DNA from: Deltaproteobacteria bacterium
GTDB lineage: Bacteria; Myxococcota_A; UBA796; UBA2385
NCBI GenBank assembly: GCA_016792625.1
Contig: JAEUKK010000044.1
Span: forward strand, 34,365-98,364
Direction of reading: 5' to 3'
DNA length: 64,000 nucleotides
The first letter of the stretch is position 1. Every line of letters begins with the position of its first letter. The position numbers and the translations under genes were made by a program. Positions 48,094 through 57,539 of this stretch are shown piece by piece. The notes below the pieces were generated by a model, which did not search any database, was not told the DNA's origin, and was given only the letters and a program-made list of their open reading frames with translations.

Positions 48094-48288
48094 CCCCCCG
48101 CGCCCGCCCGACCGCAGCGCGGGGCGCAGCCCCGGTCGCGCAGCGACCGAGCCGGGCGGCCGGCGCGCCCGCCGCAGGCGGCGCGTGGGCCGGGGCCCCG
48201 GCGAGCGCGGAGGGCGGGCTTGGGCGCCCAAGGCTCGGAGAGTGACCTGCTGCGGGTCGCTCTCGAGGTCAGCCGGCGGCGGCGGCCT
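48094..48288 (+). repeat. Right copy of the near-identical direct repeat
   Basis: See 43906-44100. Hairpin at 48134-48148. The right end contains the stop codon of the reverse-strand radical SAM gene. Confidence 0.95.
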
Positions 48289-49726
48289 GCTCGCGGCGCA
48301 GCAGGCCCGCGCCGAGGGTGGGCAGGTCGGGCAGCACGCTCCAGAGGCCGGCGGCCATCTGCATCGCGTCGATGGTGCGCACATGAACAAGCTGCCGCGC
48401 GATCATCTGGGGCCGCAGGTAGAACTGCGCGGTCGCCCGGCGCAGGGCCTCGAGCAGCTGCTTGGGGCTCTGGACCTCGGACACGATGACGATGCGCTCT
48501 TGGTCGGGGTTGAACGTGGTGTAGTTCTCCCAGTCGCGGCGGTTGAGCTTGCCGTCTTTGGCCATCTGGGCGTAGATCTCGCTGCCGGGGAAGGGCACGG
48601 TGATGGCGAACTTGGCGAAGTCGAGCTCGAGGCTGCAGGCGTAATCGATGGTCGCCTGGGTCTGGGCGGGGTTCTCGCCGGGCATGCCGATCATGAACAG
48701 GCCCACCGTCGTGATGCCCAGCTCGCGGCACCAGGCGATCGTCTGCCGTGAGCGGTCGGCGGTGTTGCGCTTGTGCACGGCCTTGAGCAGCGCGTCGTCG
48801 CCGCTCTCGATGCCGAAGACCAGGCGCCGGCAGCCGCTCTTCTTCATCCACACCAGCGACTCGCGGTCGACGCTGTCGGTGCGCAGCTCGCTGAGCCAGA
48901 CGAGCTTCTCGTGCAGCCCGCGGCGGATCATCTCGCGGGAGATCTCGATCGCCGCCTTGGGCCCCATGGGGAAGATGGGGTCCATGAACCCCACTTGGCG
49001 CACGCCGAACTGGCGCACATCGCGCTCGAGCTCGTCGCAGACGTTGCTCACGCTGCGCTTGCGGTAGGTCTTGCCCTGGTTCTCGAGCGCGCAGTAGCTG
49101 CAGCGAAAAGGGCAGCCCCGGCTGGCCGCCACCGCGACGATCGGCCGGGCCACGGTGCCCAGCGGCAGCAGGCTGTAGCGCTCATACGGCAGCAGCCCCC
49201 AGTCGGGGAAGGGGAAGGCGTCGAGGTTGGGGTCAAGCGCCCGCGGCGGGCCCTTCTCGAGGTTCTCGCCGTCGATCACGGTGACCCCGGCGATGCCCGC
49301 GCCGCTGCGCCCCGCCTGCCAGGCGGCGAGCAGCTCGACCGCCGCGTGCTCACCCTCGCCATGCACCGCCGCGTCGGCCAGACCGATGAGCTCGTCGGGG
49401 AAGAGGTCGGCGTGGATGTTCCCGGCGAAGATCTTCATGCCCGGGTACTGCGCGCGCAGGCGCTTGAGCAGGCCGTAGACCGCCGTGGCCACGGGCGTGA
49501 GGATCGAGACGCCAAAAGCGTGCGGCCGGAAGCGGTCGATGAGCGCGATCACCGCCTCGTCGCCGCCGCGCAGAGCGAAGTCGTCCCAGACCTGGACCTC
49601 GTGGCCAGCCTCTTGCAAGAAAGTGGCCACGTACGCGATGCCCACGCAGGGCATGGCCTCGAGCAGCGGGGCGAAGCGCCCAAACTGCTCGGCCTTGATG
49701 CTGGGGTTCAGCAGGACGACGCGCAT
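48269..49726 (-). CDS. B12-binding-domain radical SAM enzyme
   Basis: ATG at 49726, in frame with track ORF 48269..51184. N-terminal Rossmann-like B12-binding domain (MRVVLLNPS...VGIAYVATFLQEAGHEVQVWDD). CX3CX2C motif GCPFRCSYC, and a GIESG box. Confidence 0.9.
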   Translation of the reverse strand: MRVVLLNPSIKAEQFGRFAPLLEAMPCVGIAYVATFLQEAGHEVQVWDDFALRGGDEAVIALIDRFRPHAFGVSILTPVATAVYGLLKRLRAQYPGMKIFAGNIHADLFPDELIGLADAAVHGEGEHAAVELLAAWQAGRSGAGIAGVTVIDGENLEKGPPRALDPNLDAFPFPDWGLLPYERYSLLPLGTVARPIVAVAASRGCPFRCSYCALENQGKTYRKRSVSNVCDELERDVRQFGVRQVGFMDPIFPMGPKAAIEISREMIRRGLHEKLVWLSELRTDSVDRESLVWMKKSGCRRLVFGIESGDDALLKAVHKRNTADRSRQTIAWCRELGITTVGLFMIGMPGENPAQTQATIDYACSLELDFAKFAITVPFPGSEIYAQMAKDGKLNRRDWENYTTFNPDQERIVIVSEVQSPKQLLEALRRATAQFYLRPQMIARQLVHVRTIDAMQMAAGLWSVLPDLPTLGAGLLRREQAAAAG

Positions 49727-49795
49727 CTTCGGCTCCGTCGGCCACCGCTCGGGCGCCGTGACAGTCAGCGACGTCGAGAGGATATCCCAGCGCCC

Positions 49796-51331
49796 ATGCG
49801 CGCACGCCCCGACCCGATGCCATCCGGTCCGCTGCCCGCCCTCGCGGCGCTGGTCGTGGTGCTCAGCGCCCCGGGCCCGCTGGTCAGCCCCGACGGGCTG
49901 GCCATGCGCTGGCAGCTCAGCGAGGGCCCGCTCACGCTCTTGCGCAGCGGCTGGCCGCCGCTCTGGCCGCTGCTCTCGGCGCTCGCCGACCTGCTGCTCG
50001 GCCCCCGGGTCGGCGCCTGGGCCCTCGGCGTGGCCTGCACCGCCGGGGCCGTGCTGCTCGCCGCCCGCCTTGGCCGCCTGCTCGGGGGGCCCGTGGCCGG
50101 GGCCGGCGCCGCCCTGCTGCTCGCGCTGCTGCCCACGGTCGCCGATCACGCCGCGGTGCTCGACGCCCGCCCCCTCGGCGGCCTGCTTTTTGTGGCCACC
50201 CTGACCCTGATCGTGGGGGCCGGGGCCGGCGGCCGCCCGCTGCAGGCCGCCCTTCCGCTGGCCGCCCTCGCGGGCCTCTGCCGCGACGAAGGCGCCGTGC
50301 TGCTGCCCCTTGTGGTCGGCCTCGGGCTGCTCGCCCCGGGCCTGCGCCGCCGCCCGCTCGGGTCCTTCTTGCTGCGCGCCGCGGCCTGGGCCGCCCCGGG
50401 CCTGCTGTGGAGGGCCCTGCGCGCCGACCGCCTCGCCTGGGAGGGCCTCTGGGCCGACTGGGCCGCCACCTGGTCCGCCGACGACTTCATCGCGCTGATG
50501 GGCCCCGCCGACGCGCCGAGCCCCGTGCGGGCCCTGGCCTTGCGGGCGATCGAGGCCGGCCTTGAGCCGCGGCCCGGCCTGCTGCCCCTGCTGCGCGGCG
50601 CGGTGCCCGGCGCCCCCGCGCTCATCGAGAATGGCCTGCATGTCGTCTTTGGCGTCGCTGGCCTGCCCTGGCTGGGGCTCGGGCTGGGCGCCTGTTTGGT
50701 CGCCGGTCTGGTCGGCCCGGGGCCCCGCGCCCTGCGCCTGCTGCTGCTCGGCTTGCTGGTCGGGCTGACCGCCGGCCTCGGCCTGCTGCCCATGGCCTGG
50801 AGCCAGTCCACCGCCGCGGCCAACCTGCAATTCTTGCTGCCCTTGGCCGCTGCCCTGTGTTTTGGCGGGCTCGGCCTGCTGCCCCGGGCGGCCCGGCACG
50901 CCGCGGCGGGCGCCCTGCTGCTCGGCCTCGGGCTCGGGGCCCACCGCAACCTGCAGGCCGAGGCGGCGCCCTTCTTCGTCGAAGAGAGCGACGCCGCCTT
51001 GCTCGCCCAGCGCTGGATGGCCGCCCACCCGCCGCCGACCGGCACCGTCTGGTGCACCTGGACGGGCCGGCCGATCGTCGCCGCCGCCGGCCTGCGCCCC
51101 GCGCTCATCCCCCCGCGGGGTCTCGGCTGGGCGCCCGCCCCCGGGGATGGCCTGCTGGTCGGCGCGATCGACCTCTCGGCCCACACGGGCGGGCGCGCGC
51201 TCGGCGTGCTCAGCGACCCGGGGTGGAGCCTGCGGCGCCTCAGCGACGACAGCGAGACCGCCCCGACCGACCGCGGGCGGGCGCCCGGGGCCTGGTTCGC
51301 CTACTTTGAGCGGGCCCCGCGCGGGCGCTGA
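49796..51331 (+). CDS. Polytopic membrane protein, GT-C/ArnT-PMT-like glycosyltransferase candidate
   Basis: ATG at 49796, in frame with track ORF 48773..51331 (an alternative ATG lies 7 codons downstream). There are more than 10 hydrophobic segments and a soluble C-terminal domain. It is divergent from the rSAM gene. Confidence 0.7.
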   Translation: MRARPDPMPSGPLPALAALVVVLSAPGPLVSPDGLAMRWQLSEGPLTLLRSGWPPLWPLLSALADLLLGPRVGAWALGVACTAGAVLLAARLGRLLGGPVAGAGAALLLALLPTVADHAAVLDARPLGGLLFVATLTLIVGAGAGGRPLQAALPLAALAGLCRDEGAVLLPLVVGLGLLAPGLRRRPLGSFLLRAAAWAAPGLLWRALRADRLAWEGLWADWAATWSADDFIALMGPADAPSPVRALALRAIEAGLEPRPGLLPLLRGAVPGAPALIENGLHVVFGVAGLPWLGLGLGACLVAGLVGPGPRALRLLLLGLLVGLTAGLGLLPMAWSQSTAAANLQFLLPLAAALCFGGLGLLPRAARHAAAGALLLGLGLGAHRNLQAEAAPFFVEESDAALLAQRWMAAHPPPTGTVWCTWTGRPIVAAAGLRPALIPPRGLGWAPAPGDGLLVGAIDLSAHTGGRALGVLSDPGWSLRRLSDDSETAPTDRGRAPGAWFAYFERAPRGR

Positions 51332-51352
51332 GCGGGCCGGCGGTGGTGTTGC

Positions 51353-52039
51353 TCAGCCCCGCGGCAGCAGCGCCCAGGCGAAGATGTCGCTCTGGTCGGT
51401 GACCTCGCAGCTCGCGCCCGGGCCGAGGCGCTCGGCCTGCACCGCCACCGCCCGCAGGGCCGCCCCCTCGACCTCGATCGGCGCCTGGTCGAAGGGCTGC
51501 AGCTCGACCGGGCCGCCGTCGCCGACAAAACGCAGCGCGCGCAGGCTGCGGGTCTCGCACTCTTCGCGCACCACGTCGAACTCGGCGCCGGCCCGCACCT
51601 CGACCGCGACGTCGTCTTCATCGAGCGCGCCGCCCCAGGTGCCCTCGTCGAAGGCGGCGAGCAGCGCGCCGGCCTCGTCGCGCACCACGAGGCCCGCGCC
51701 CTGGCCCCAGCCGCCGCGGCGCCGGGCGAGCACCTCGACCGTGTCGCCGATGGCCACCGGCAGCTCCCAGTCGAGCAGGCTGAAGTCGGGGCGCTGCAGG
51801 TTGACCCCAAACTGGTGCTCGACGCCGTCCTCGTCGCGCAGGGTCAGCCCGCCGCCGCAGCCGGAGTCGCGGGCCTCGCGGGCGACGAAGCGGGCGCGCA
51901 GGCGCAGCTCTTCGTCGCCGGTCTCGGGGTCGGCCTGCAAGCCCTCGGGCAGGCAGAGGCCGAGGCTGCCCGTGTCGGGCGCGCACGCGGGCAGCAGGGC
52001 GGCGAGGGCGGCGCAAAAGAGCAGGGCGGTGGCGCGCAT
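51353..52039 (-). CDS. Lipoprotein, function unknown
   Basis: ATG at 52039. MRATALLFCAALAALLPAC lipobox. Codon bias is good. Confidence 0.75.
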   Translation of the reverse strand: MRATALLFCAALAALLPACAPDTGSLGLCLPEGLQADPETGDEELRLRARFVAREARDSGCGGGLTLRDEDGVEHQFGVNLQRPDFSLLDWELPVAIGDTVEVLARRRGGWGQGAGLVVRDEAGALLAAFDEGTWGGALDEDDVAVEVRAGAEFDVVREECETRSLRALRFVGDGGPVELQPFDQAPIEVEGAALRAVAVQAERLGPGASCEVTDQSDIFAWALLPRG

Positions 52040-52189
52040 CGGGGGCTCCAAGCAGGGGGTGGGCCGGTGTGTGCTGGGGCGGTGAGCAAGAGCTGGGCCA
52101 ACGCGCAGGATGCCCTCCAGCACGTCAACTCGCTGCGTCCAGGCCCCCGCGCGGCGCCCGGGCCGCGACACCGGCGCCGCACCGCCCCT

Positions 52190-52876
52190 TTAGCCGCAGG
52201 CCGAGCCGCCGGGCGCGAGGCCGCCGAGCAGGTCAGCGACGGTGTGGCGCAGCACGTCGCGGTTGACGTTGCCGTAGAGGACGGCGCGCCCGCCGTCAAA
52301 GACCCAGGTGGGCGAGCCCTGCAGGCGCTGGCGCTGGCGCTCGTCCTCGTCCTCGGCGACGCGGGCGAGGCCGCGGCCGCTGTCGAGGCCGGCCCGCAGG
52401 CGGTCGGGGTCGAGGCCCGCCTCGGCGGCGACCTCGAGCTGCACGCCCCGGGCGCTGATGTCGCGGGCGTCGACGAAGAAGGCCCGCCGCAGGGCGCGTT
52501 GGTAGGCGGCGCCAGAGCCGGGCGCCTCTTCACCGGCCTGCTCGGCGTCAAAAGTGAGCTTGATCGCCGCGCCGACCGCCCAGGTCGAGGTGGGCTGCAC
52601 CCGCTCCCAGACCGCGCCGTCGACCTCGGGGTGGCCGTGCGCGGCGGCGACCTGGGCGGTGGCGGCGACCCGGGCGGCGACCCCGCCGGAGGCCCAGCTG
52701 CCCGCGCGAAAGCGGTGGATGATGCTGCCGAAGACCGGGATGACGTGGTGGTCGACGTCGAGGCGGTCAGGGTGGGCGGCGAGCAGGTCGTCGAGGGCGT
52801 CCTCGGCCACGAAGGCCCAGATGCAGAAGGGGTCAGACCACCAGGCGAAGCGCAGGCGGGGCAGGGGAGAGGTCAT
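52190..52876 (-). CDS. DsbA-family (FrnE/HCCA-isomerase-like) thioredoxin-fold protein with degenerate active site
   Basis: ATG at 52876. WWSDPFCIWAF stands in place of the CxxC. The C-terminal GSPTWVFDGGRAVLYG is typical of the family. Confidence 0.75.
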   Translation of the reverse strand: MTSPLPRLRFAWWSDPFCIWAFVAEDALDDLLAAHPDRLDVDHHVIPVFGSIIHRFRAGSWASGGVAARVAATAQVAAAHGHPEVDGAVWERVQPTSTWAVGAAIKLTFDAEQAGEEAPGSGAAYQRALRRAFFVDARDISARGVQLEVAAEAGLDPDRLRAGLDSGRGLARVAEDEDERQRQRLQGSPTWVFDGGRAVLYGNVNRDVLRHTVADLLGGLAPGGSACG

Positions 52877-53210
52877 GGGGGCTCCAGCGCAGCAGGGGGC
52901 GGCCACCGGGCCGCGCCAGCGCCGATGCCGGGGAGCCGACCGCGCCGCGGGCCCCACCACGGGCCCTGACCAAGATCAGGGCCGGCTCGGGCGCGCCCCT
53001 CCGCTGCGCTGCGGGTCGGCCCCCCGCCCGGGTCGCGGGCTGGCTCCGCCGCGGCCAAGGTCCGCGGCGGGCCCGCTCCGCCGCTGCGCGGCCGGCCTGC
53101 GGCCGCCGGCCGGGGCGCCTCGCGCGGGGCACCCGCCCGCTCCCTCCACCCCAAAACACGACCGGCCGACGGGGCGCAAACCCCGCCGGCCGGCCCTCCC
53201 CCAGCCCTTC

Positions 53211-56200
53211 TCAGGCGCCGCGGCGCCGCCGCAGGCCCAGCGCGCCCAGCAGCAGGGGCAGCAGCCCCGCGCCGCCCGCCGCGCCGCTCGTGGAGCAGCC
53301 GGCGCCCGCCTCGGACACGCTGGCGCTGTCCGCCGAGGCGTCGGCCGACGACACTCCCTCCGCCTCCCCGGTCGAGCCCGCGCTGCCCGCAGACCCCTCC
53401 GACGCCGCCTCGGTCGCCGCGAAGGCCGCCGCGGTCGACCGCACCACCGTCCGACCCGCCGAGGTGTTGCCCACCGCGTCGACCGAGCAGACCCGGACCC
53501 CATACGAGGTGGCGGCGGTCAGGCCGGTCAGCTCGCGGCTGAGCTCGGTCACCCCGGTGATGCGGGTCACCCCGGTGGCGACCGCGCAGGTGGTCGGGGC
53601 CGAGGTGCTCGCCCGGTAGGCGATGGTGTAGCTGGCCAGACCCGCGCCGCCGCTGTTGTCGGTCGCCGCCGCCCAGCTCAACGAGAGCGTCGTCGCGCCG
53701 GCCGTGGCGGTCAACGCGGCCGCTGCGCCGTCGGTGGGTGCGGTGGTGTCGAGCGTGATGGTGTCGGAGAAGGGCCCGCTGAGGTTGTTGTTGTTGTCCT
53801 TAAACCAGACGTTGACCGTCTTGCTACCCGAGCCGCTGGTGAGCGCGTGCGTGCGGGTGGCGGCATAGGTCACGAACGAGGTGCAGGTCGTGGTGTTGCT
53901 CACGCACATCTGGGCCACGGTGCCCACGTCGTCGGTGGCCGAGAGCCCGAGGCTGACCGAGGTCGTGCCGCTGTGGGTCGCCCCGCTGGCGATGACCACC
54001 GTGCCCGTCGGCGCGGTCTGGTCGGCGCCGGGGGTCTCGGTGGCCACCGCGCCGGTGCTGACGTTGCCCGCGTTGTCGACGGCGCAGATGCGGAAGCTGT
54101 ATTGGGAGCCGTCAACGAGGCCGCTCACGCTCAGGCTGGTGCCAGTGTGGAGGGCGGCAGCGACCGTCCCCGTCGCGCAGGTGCTGGGCGCCGTGGCTGA
54201 ACGCGCGTACACCACTTTATATCCTGCGACGCCGGCGAAGGTGTCGACGCCCGCCGTCCAACTCAGGTCGATGGTGCCCGCGCTGCCGGTCGCCGAGGCG
54301 ACGGTGTTGGTGGGCTTGACCGTGTCGAGCTTGATGGTGTCGCGGAGCGTGGTGACGGTGGCCGTGCTGGTCGAGGACCGGAAGTGCGCGAAGACGGTCT
54401 GGGCGATGTTGGTGGTGGGCAGGCTGAAGGTGCGTGTGGTGCCGCTGATGGTGGTGAACGAGCAGCTCGGGGTCGAGGTGGTGCTCAGGCACATCTGGTT
54501 GGTGCCGGCGGGCGCGCTGTAGCGCACGGTGACCGCGCGGTTGTTGGCCCACTCGGCGTTGTTGTTGACCACGGCGAAGTGGTTGGCCGTGGCGTCGAGG
54601 TAGTCGCGCACGCCGTCATAGTCGGCGTCGCCGCGGCCCTCGGCCACCACGCCGTCGCTGTCGTCGTCGGGGGTGCAGTCGTTGCCGCCGTCGGTCGCCT
54701 CGAGGTCACCACCGACCCCGTCGCCGTCTTGGTCGTCGGTGAGCTGATCGCCGACCCCATCACAGTTACTGTCGACCAGATCTCCGCAGGTCTCGGTCGC
54801 GCCGGGGTAAACCGCGGCGACGCCGTCGCTGCAGTCGCCGCCGCGGGCGACCCTGCCCGGGGGCTGGGCACAGGCGCCGGTGGTGTCGCTCGGGTCGCCG
54901 TAGGTGTCGGCGTCGGCGTCGGCGTACCAGGTCGTCGGGCCGCCCACGGCGGCCGAGCTGTCGTCGCAGTCACTGTCGTCACTCACCGTGCCCACGGGGG
55001 CGCCGGTGCAGCTCGAGCTGGGGGCGGCAGGGTTCCCCAGACCATCGCCGTCGGCGTCGGCGTAGTAGACATCGGCCACGCCGACCCCATCGCTGGTGTC
55101 GTCGCAGTCGTCACCGACGGCGAAGAAGCGGCCGGTCGAGGCCAGATCGAGGCAAGAGTGAAGCGACCAGCTGGGGTCACCGTGGCCGTCGCGGTCCCAG
55201 TCGAGGTACCAGGTGGTCGGGTCGCCGACCAGCTCATCGGCGTCGTCGCAGTCGTCGTCGTTGCTGGCGAGGCCAGGGGTGCCCGGGCAGGCCACGGTGG
55301 GGTCTGCGCTGCCAAAGCCGTCGTTGTCGGTGTCGACGTAGAAGGTCGACGCGGCTCCCACGGCGTCGTCTTCATCATCGCAGTCCTGCGGGCCGTCGCC
55401 GCCGACGTAGAAGCCGTCCCCGTCTTCGTCTTCGCGGCAGTTGGTGACACAGTGGCCGTGGTGGACGTACGCGACGCCCGCCCAGGTGAGCCCGCTATGG
55501 GTGTAGAAGGGCGCCCCGAAGATGATGTCGGCGAAACCGTCGCCGTTGACGTCACCCGCACCCGCGGCCGCGTGCCCGACGTTCATTCGGGCCGCTGTCC
55601 CTGTAATCATGGCGCTTGGGGTCGTGGACACGCCGCTCGATGAGCCGGGATAAATGCTGACCGCCCCAGCATCGACGTGCGCGCTGGTGTCCCAACGGAC
55701 GTGCCCAATCACAACATCGTCGTAGCCGTCGTTGTTGACGTCGCCCGCCCCGTCTGCGCGGAAGCCCAAGAGCTCGTCCGTCTGGCTCCCGGTCAGGGTG
55801 CGGCTCGGGCTCGCCGAGATCCCGCTCGCCCCGCCGTGGTGAATGACCGCCGCGCCCGCGCCGGTCACGGTCGTCGAATTGCGGTAGGGTACGCCATAGA
55901 TGATATCGTCGTAGCCGTCGCCGTTCACGTCACCCGCGCCGGCGACCGGCTCGCCGATCCGCTCGTTCGCGCTCGCCCCCCGCAAGGTGATGGCCGCGGT
56001 CGACGATACCCCGCTCGCTGAGCCGTGGTGGACGCTCACGGCGCCGGTGTCGGGTGCGACACCGTCGGCATGCACGGCCGAGATGGCCACGTCGTCGTAG
56101 CCATCCCCGTTCACATCGCCTGCGCCCGCGACAAAGTAGCCAAAGAGGTCACCCGCTTCACTGCCAAGCAGCGTGCGGCTGACCGTAGACGAGACCCCGC

Positions 56201-57539
56201 TTGATGTGCCGTGGTAGATGTAGGCAGCGCCGGCGTCGACCTTCGGGCCATTCTCAGCATAAACCGCCCCAATGATGACGTCATCGAAGCCGTCCTGATC
56301 GACGTCGCCCGCGCTGTCGACGCTGAACCCGAAGTAGTCGTTTGTGACGCCGCCGCGCAATGTGAGGTTCGGCGCCGCCGCAACCCCGCTCGACGATCCG
56401 TGAAAGAGATAGGCCGCACCGGCCGTGGCGATGGAGCCATTCGCAGCGCCCGGCGCGCCGACGATGATGTCGTCGTAGCCATCGCCGTTGACGTCGCCCG
56501 CGCCACCCACCGCGATGCCGAAGTAGCTCTGTGCGCCCTCACCGTGGAGCGTACGGCTGGCGGTCGCCGACACGCCGCTGGCCGAGCCGTGGTGGATGTA
56601 GGCCGCCCCCGCGTCGACGATAGAGCCGTGGTCGGCGCCCCAGGCACCCACGACGACGTCGTCATAGCCATCCCCGTTGACATCACCCGCGCCTGCGACA
56701 AGGTGGAGGAGGTCGTACGCCGCTGCACCGGAGATCGTCGTGGTCGCCGCGCTCAGCACGGGGTCGACCGTCACCGGGTACACCGCGCCTTGGGCGTCGA
56801 CAACGACCACCAGCGCATCGCCCTCGACCTCTAGCCAGGCGGGCAGCGGCGCGCCGTCCGCACCCCAGGCCAGCGCGCCCGAGACCGTCCAGGTCTCACC
56901 TGCAGCGTCGATCAGCTCAGCACCCTCACCAGAGGCCTCGACCCAGTCGGCGCCCTCGACCTGCATGGTAAAGGTCAGCCCGCCGTCGCCCTCGGCCGGC
57001 GGGGCGGCCACCGTCCAGCCGAACTCGACGCCGCGGTCGAGGCCCACCCACCATGCGGTCACGCCCTCATGCGCGTACTCGAGCTGGCGGGCGCAGTCGC
57101 CCTCGGGCAGCGTCTCGCGCAGACAGTCGCCGAGCATGGGCGCCACCGGCTGCACGGGGCGCTCGGCCCCCGCCGGGCCCCAGGACGCGAAGCGCAGGCG
57201 CATGGGCTCATCGGCGCCGACTTCGCCCAGAATCAGCCCCTCGTCGGTGAAGTGGGCGACCGCCTCGTGGCCGGGCAGGGCGGATTGGAAGCCCCCGGTC
57301 GCGGGCGTGATCACCCGGGCGTTGGCGGCGATGCTGGACTGTACGGTGGCGAGCCAGCCCGGGCCGCCGATCGTCGGCTGCGCGGCTGCGGCGGGGGCGC
57401 CGGTGTCGACCAGGTCAGCGGGCGCAGCGCCCTTCTCGGCGGGGGCGCAGGCGGCGAGCACGCTGAGGGGCAGCAGCGCGCAGAGGCTGCGGCGGGCCAG
57501 CGCGGATGTCCGCGGGGGGGCGGGGGTGGATGCCAGCAT
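53211..57539 (-). CDS. Giant surface protein: lipoprotein signal, ~7 FG-GAP (integrin-alpha-like) repeats, MopE-like metal-binding motifs, TSP3-like Asp-rich loops, Fn3-like domains, MYXO-CTERM tail
   Basis: LSVLAAC lipobox. GDVNGDGYDD(V/I)(V/I)(V/I)GA occurs about 7 times. FYVDTDNDGFGS, WYLDWDRDGHGDP, YYADADGDGLGNP and WYADADADTYGDP are present. Fn3-like LSWTAG...YSFRICAVDNAGNVS and LSWAAA...YGVRVCSVDAVGNTS. The C-terminus reads GAGCSTSGAAGGAGLLPLLLGALGLRRRRGA. Confidence 0.9.
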   Translation of the reverse strand: MLASTPAPPRTSALARRSLCALLPLSVLAACAPAEKGAAPADLVDTGAPAAAAQPTIGGPGWLATVQSSIAANARVITPATGGFQSALPGHEAVAHFTDEGLILGEVGADEPMRLRFASWGPAGAERPVQPVAPMLGDCLRETLPEGDCARQLEYAHEGVTAWWVGLDRGVEFGWTVAAPPAEGDGGLTFTMQVEGADWVEASGEGAELIDAAGETWTVSGALAWGADGAPLPAWLEVEGDALVVVVDAQGAVYPVTVDPVLSAATTTISGAAAYDLLHLVAGAGDVNGDGYDDVVVGAWGADHGSIVDAGAAYIHHGSASGVSATASRTLHGEGAQSYFGIAVGGAGDVNGDGYDDIIVGAPGAANGSIATAGAAYLFHGSSSGVAAAPNLTLRGGVTNDYFGFSVDSAGDVDQDGFDDVIIGAVYAENGPKVDAGAAYIYHGTSSGVSSTVSRTLLGSEAGDLFGYFVAGAGDVNGDGYDDVAISAVHADGVAPDTGAVSVHHGSASGVSSTAAITLRGASANERIGEPVAGAGDVNGDGYDDIIYGVPYRNSTTVTGAGAAVIHHGGASGISASPSRTLTGSQTDELLGFRADGAGDVNNDGYDDVVIGHVRWDTSAHVDAGAVSIYPGSSSGVSTTPSAMITGTAARMNVGHAAAGAGDVNGDGFADIIFGAPFYTHSGLTWAGVAYVHHGHCVTNCREDEDGDGFYVGGDGPQDCDDEDDAVGAASTFYVDTDNDGFGSADPTVACPGTPGLASNDDDCDDADELVGDPTTWYLDWDRDGHGDPSWSLHSCLDLASTGRFFAVGDDCDDTSDGVGVADVYYADADGDGLGNPAAPSSSCTGAPVGTVSDDSDCDDSSAAVGGPTTWYADADADTYGDPSDTTGACAQPPGRVARGGDCSDGVAAVYPGATETCGDLVDSNCDGVGDQLTDDQDGDGVGGDLEATDGGNDCTPDDDSDGVVAEGRGDADYDGVRDYLDATANHFAVVNNNAEWANNRAVTVRYSAPAGTNQMCLSTTSTPSCSFTTISGTTRTFSLPTTNIAQTVFAHFRSSTSTATVTTLRDTIKLDTVKPTNTVASATGSAGTIDLSWTAGVDTFAGVAGYKVVYARSATAPSTCATGTVAAALHTGTSLSVSGLVDGSQYSFRICAVDNAGNVSTGAVATETPGADQTAPTGTVVIASGATHSGTTSVSLGLSATDDVGTVAQMCVSNTTTCTSFVTYAATRTHALTSGSGSKTVNVWFKDNNNNLSGPFSDTITLDTTAPTDGAAAALTATAGATTLSLSWAAATDNSGGAGLASYTIAYRASTSAPTTCAVATGVTRITGVTELSRELTGLTAATSYGVRVCSVDAVGNTSAGRTVVRSTAAAFAATEAASEGSAGSAGSTGEAEGVSSADASADSASVSEAGAGCSTSGAAGGAGLLPLLLGALGLRRRRGA

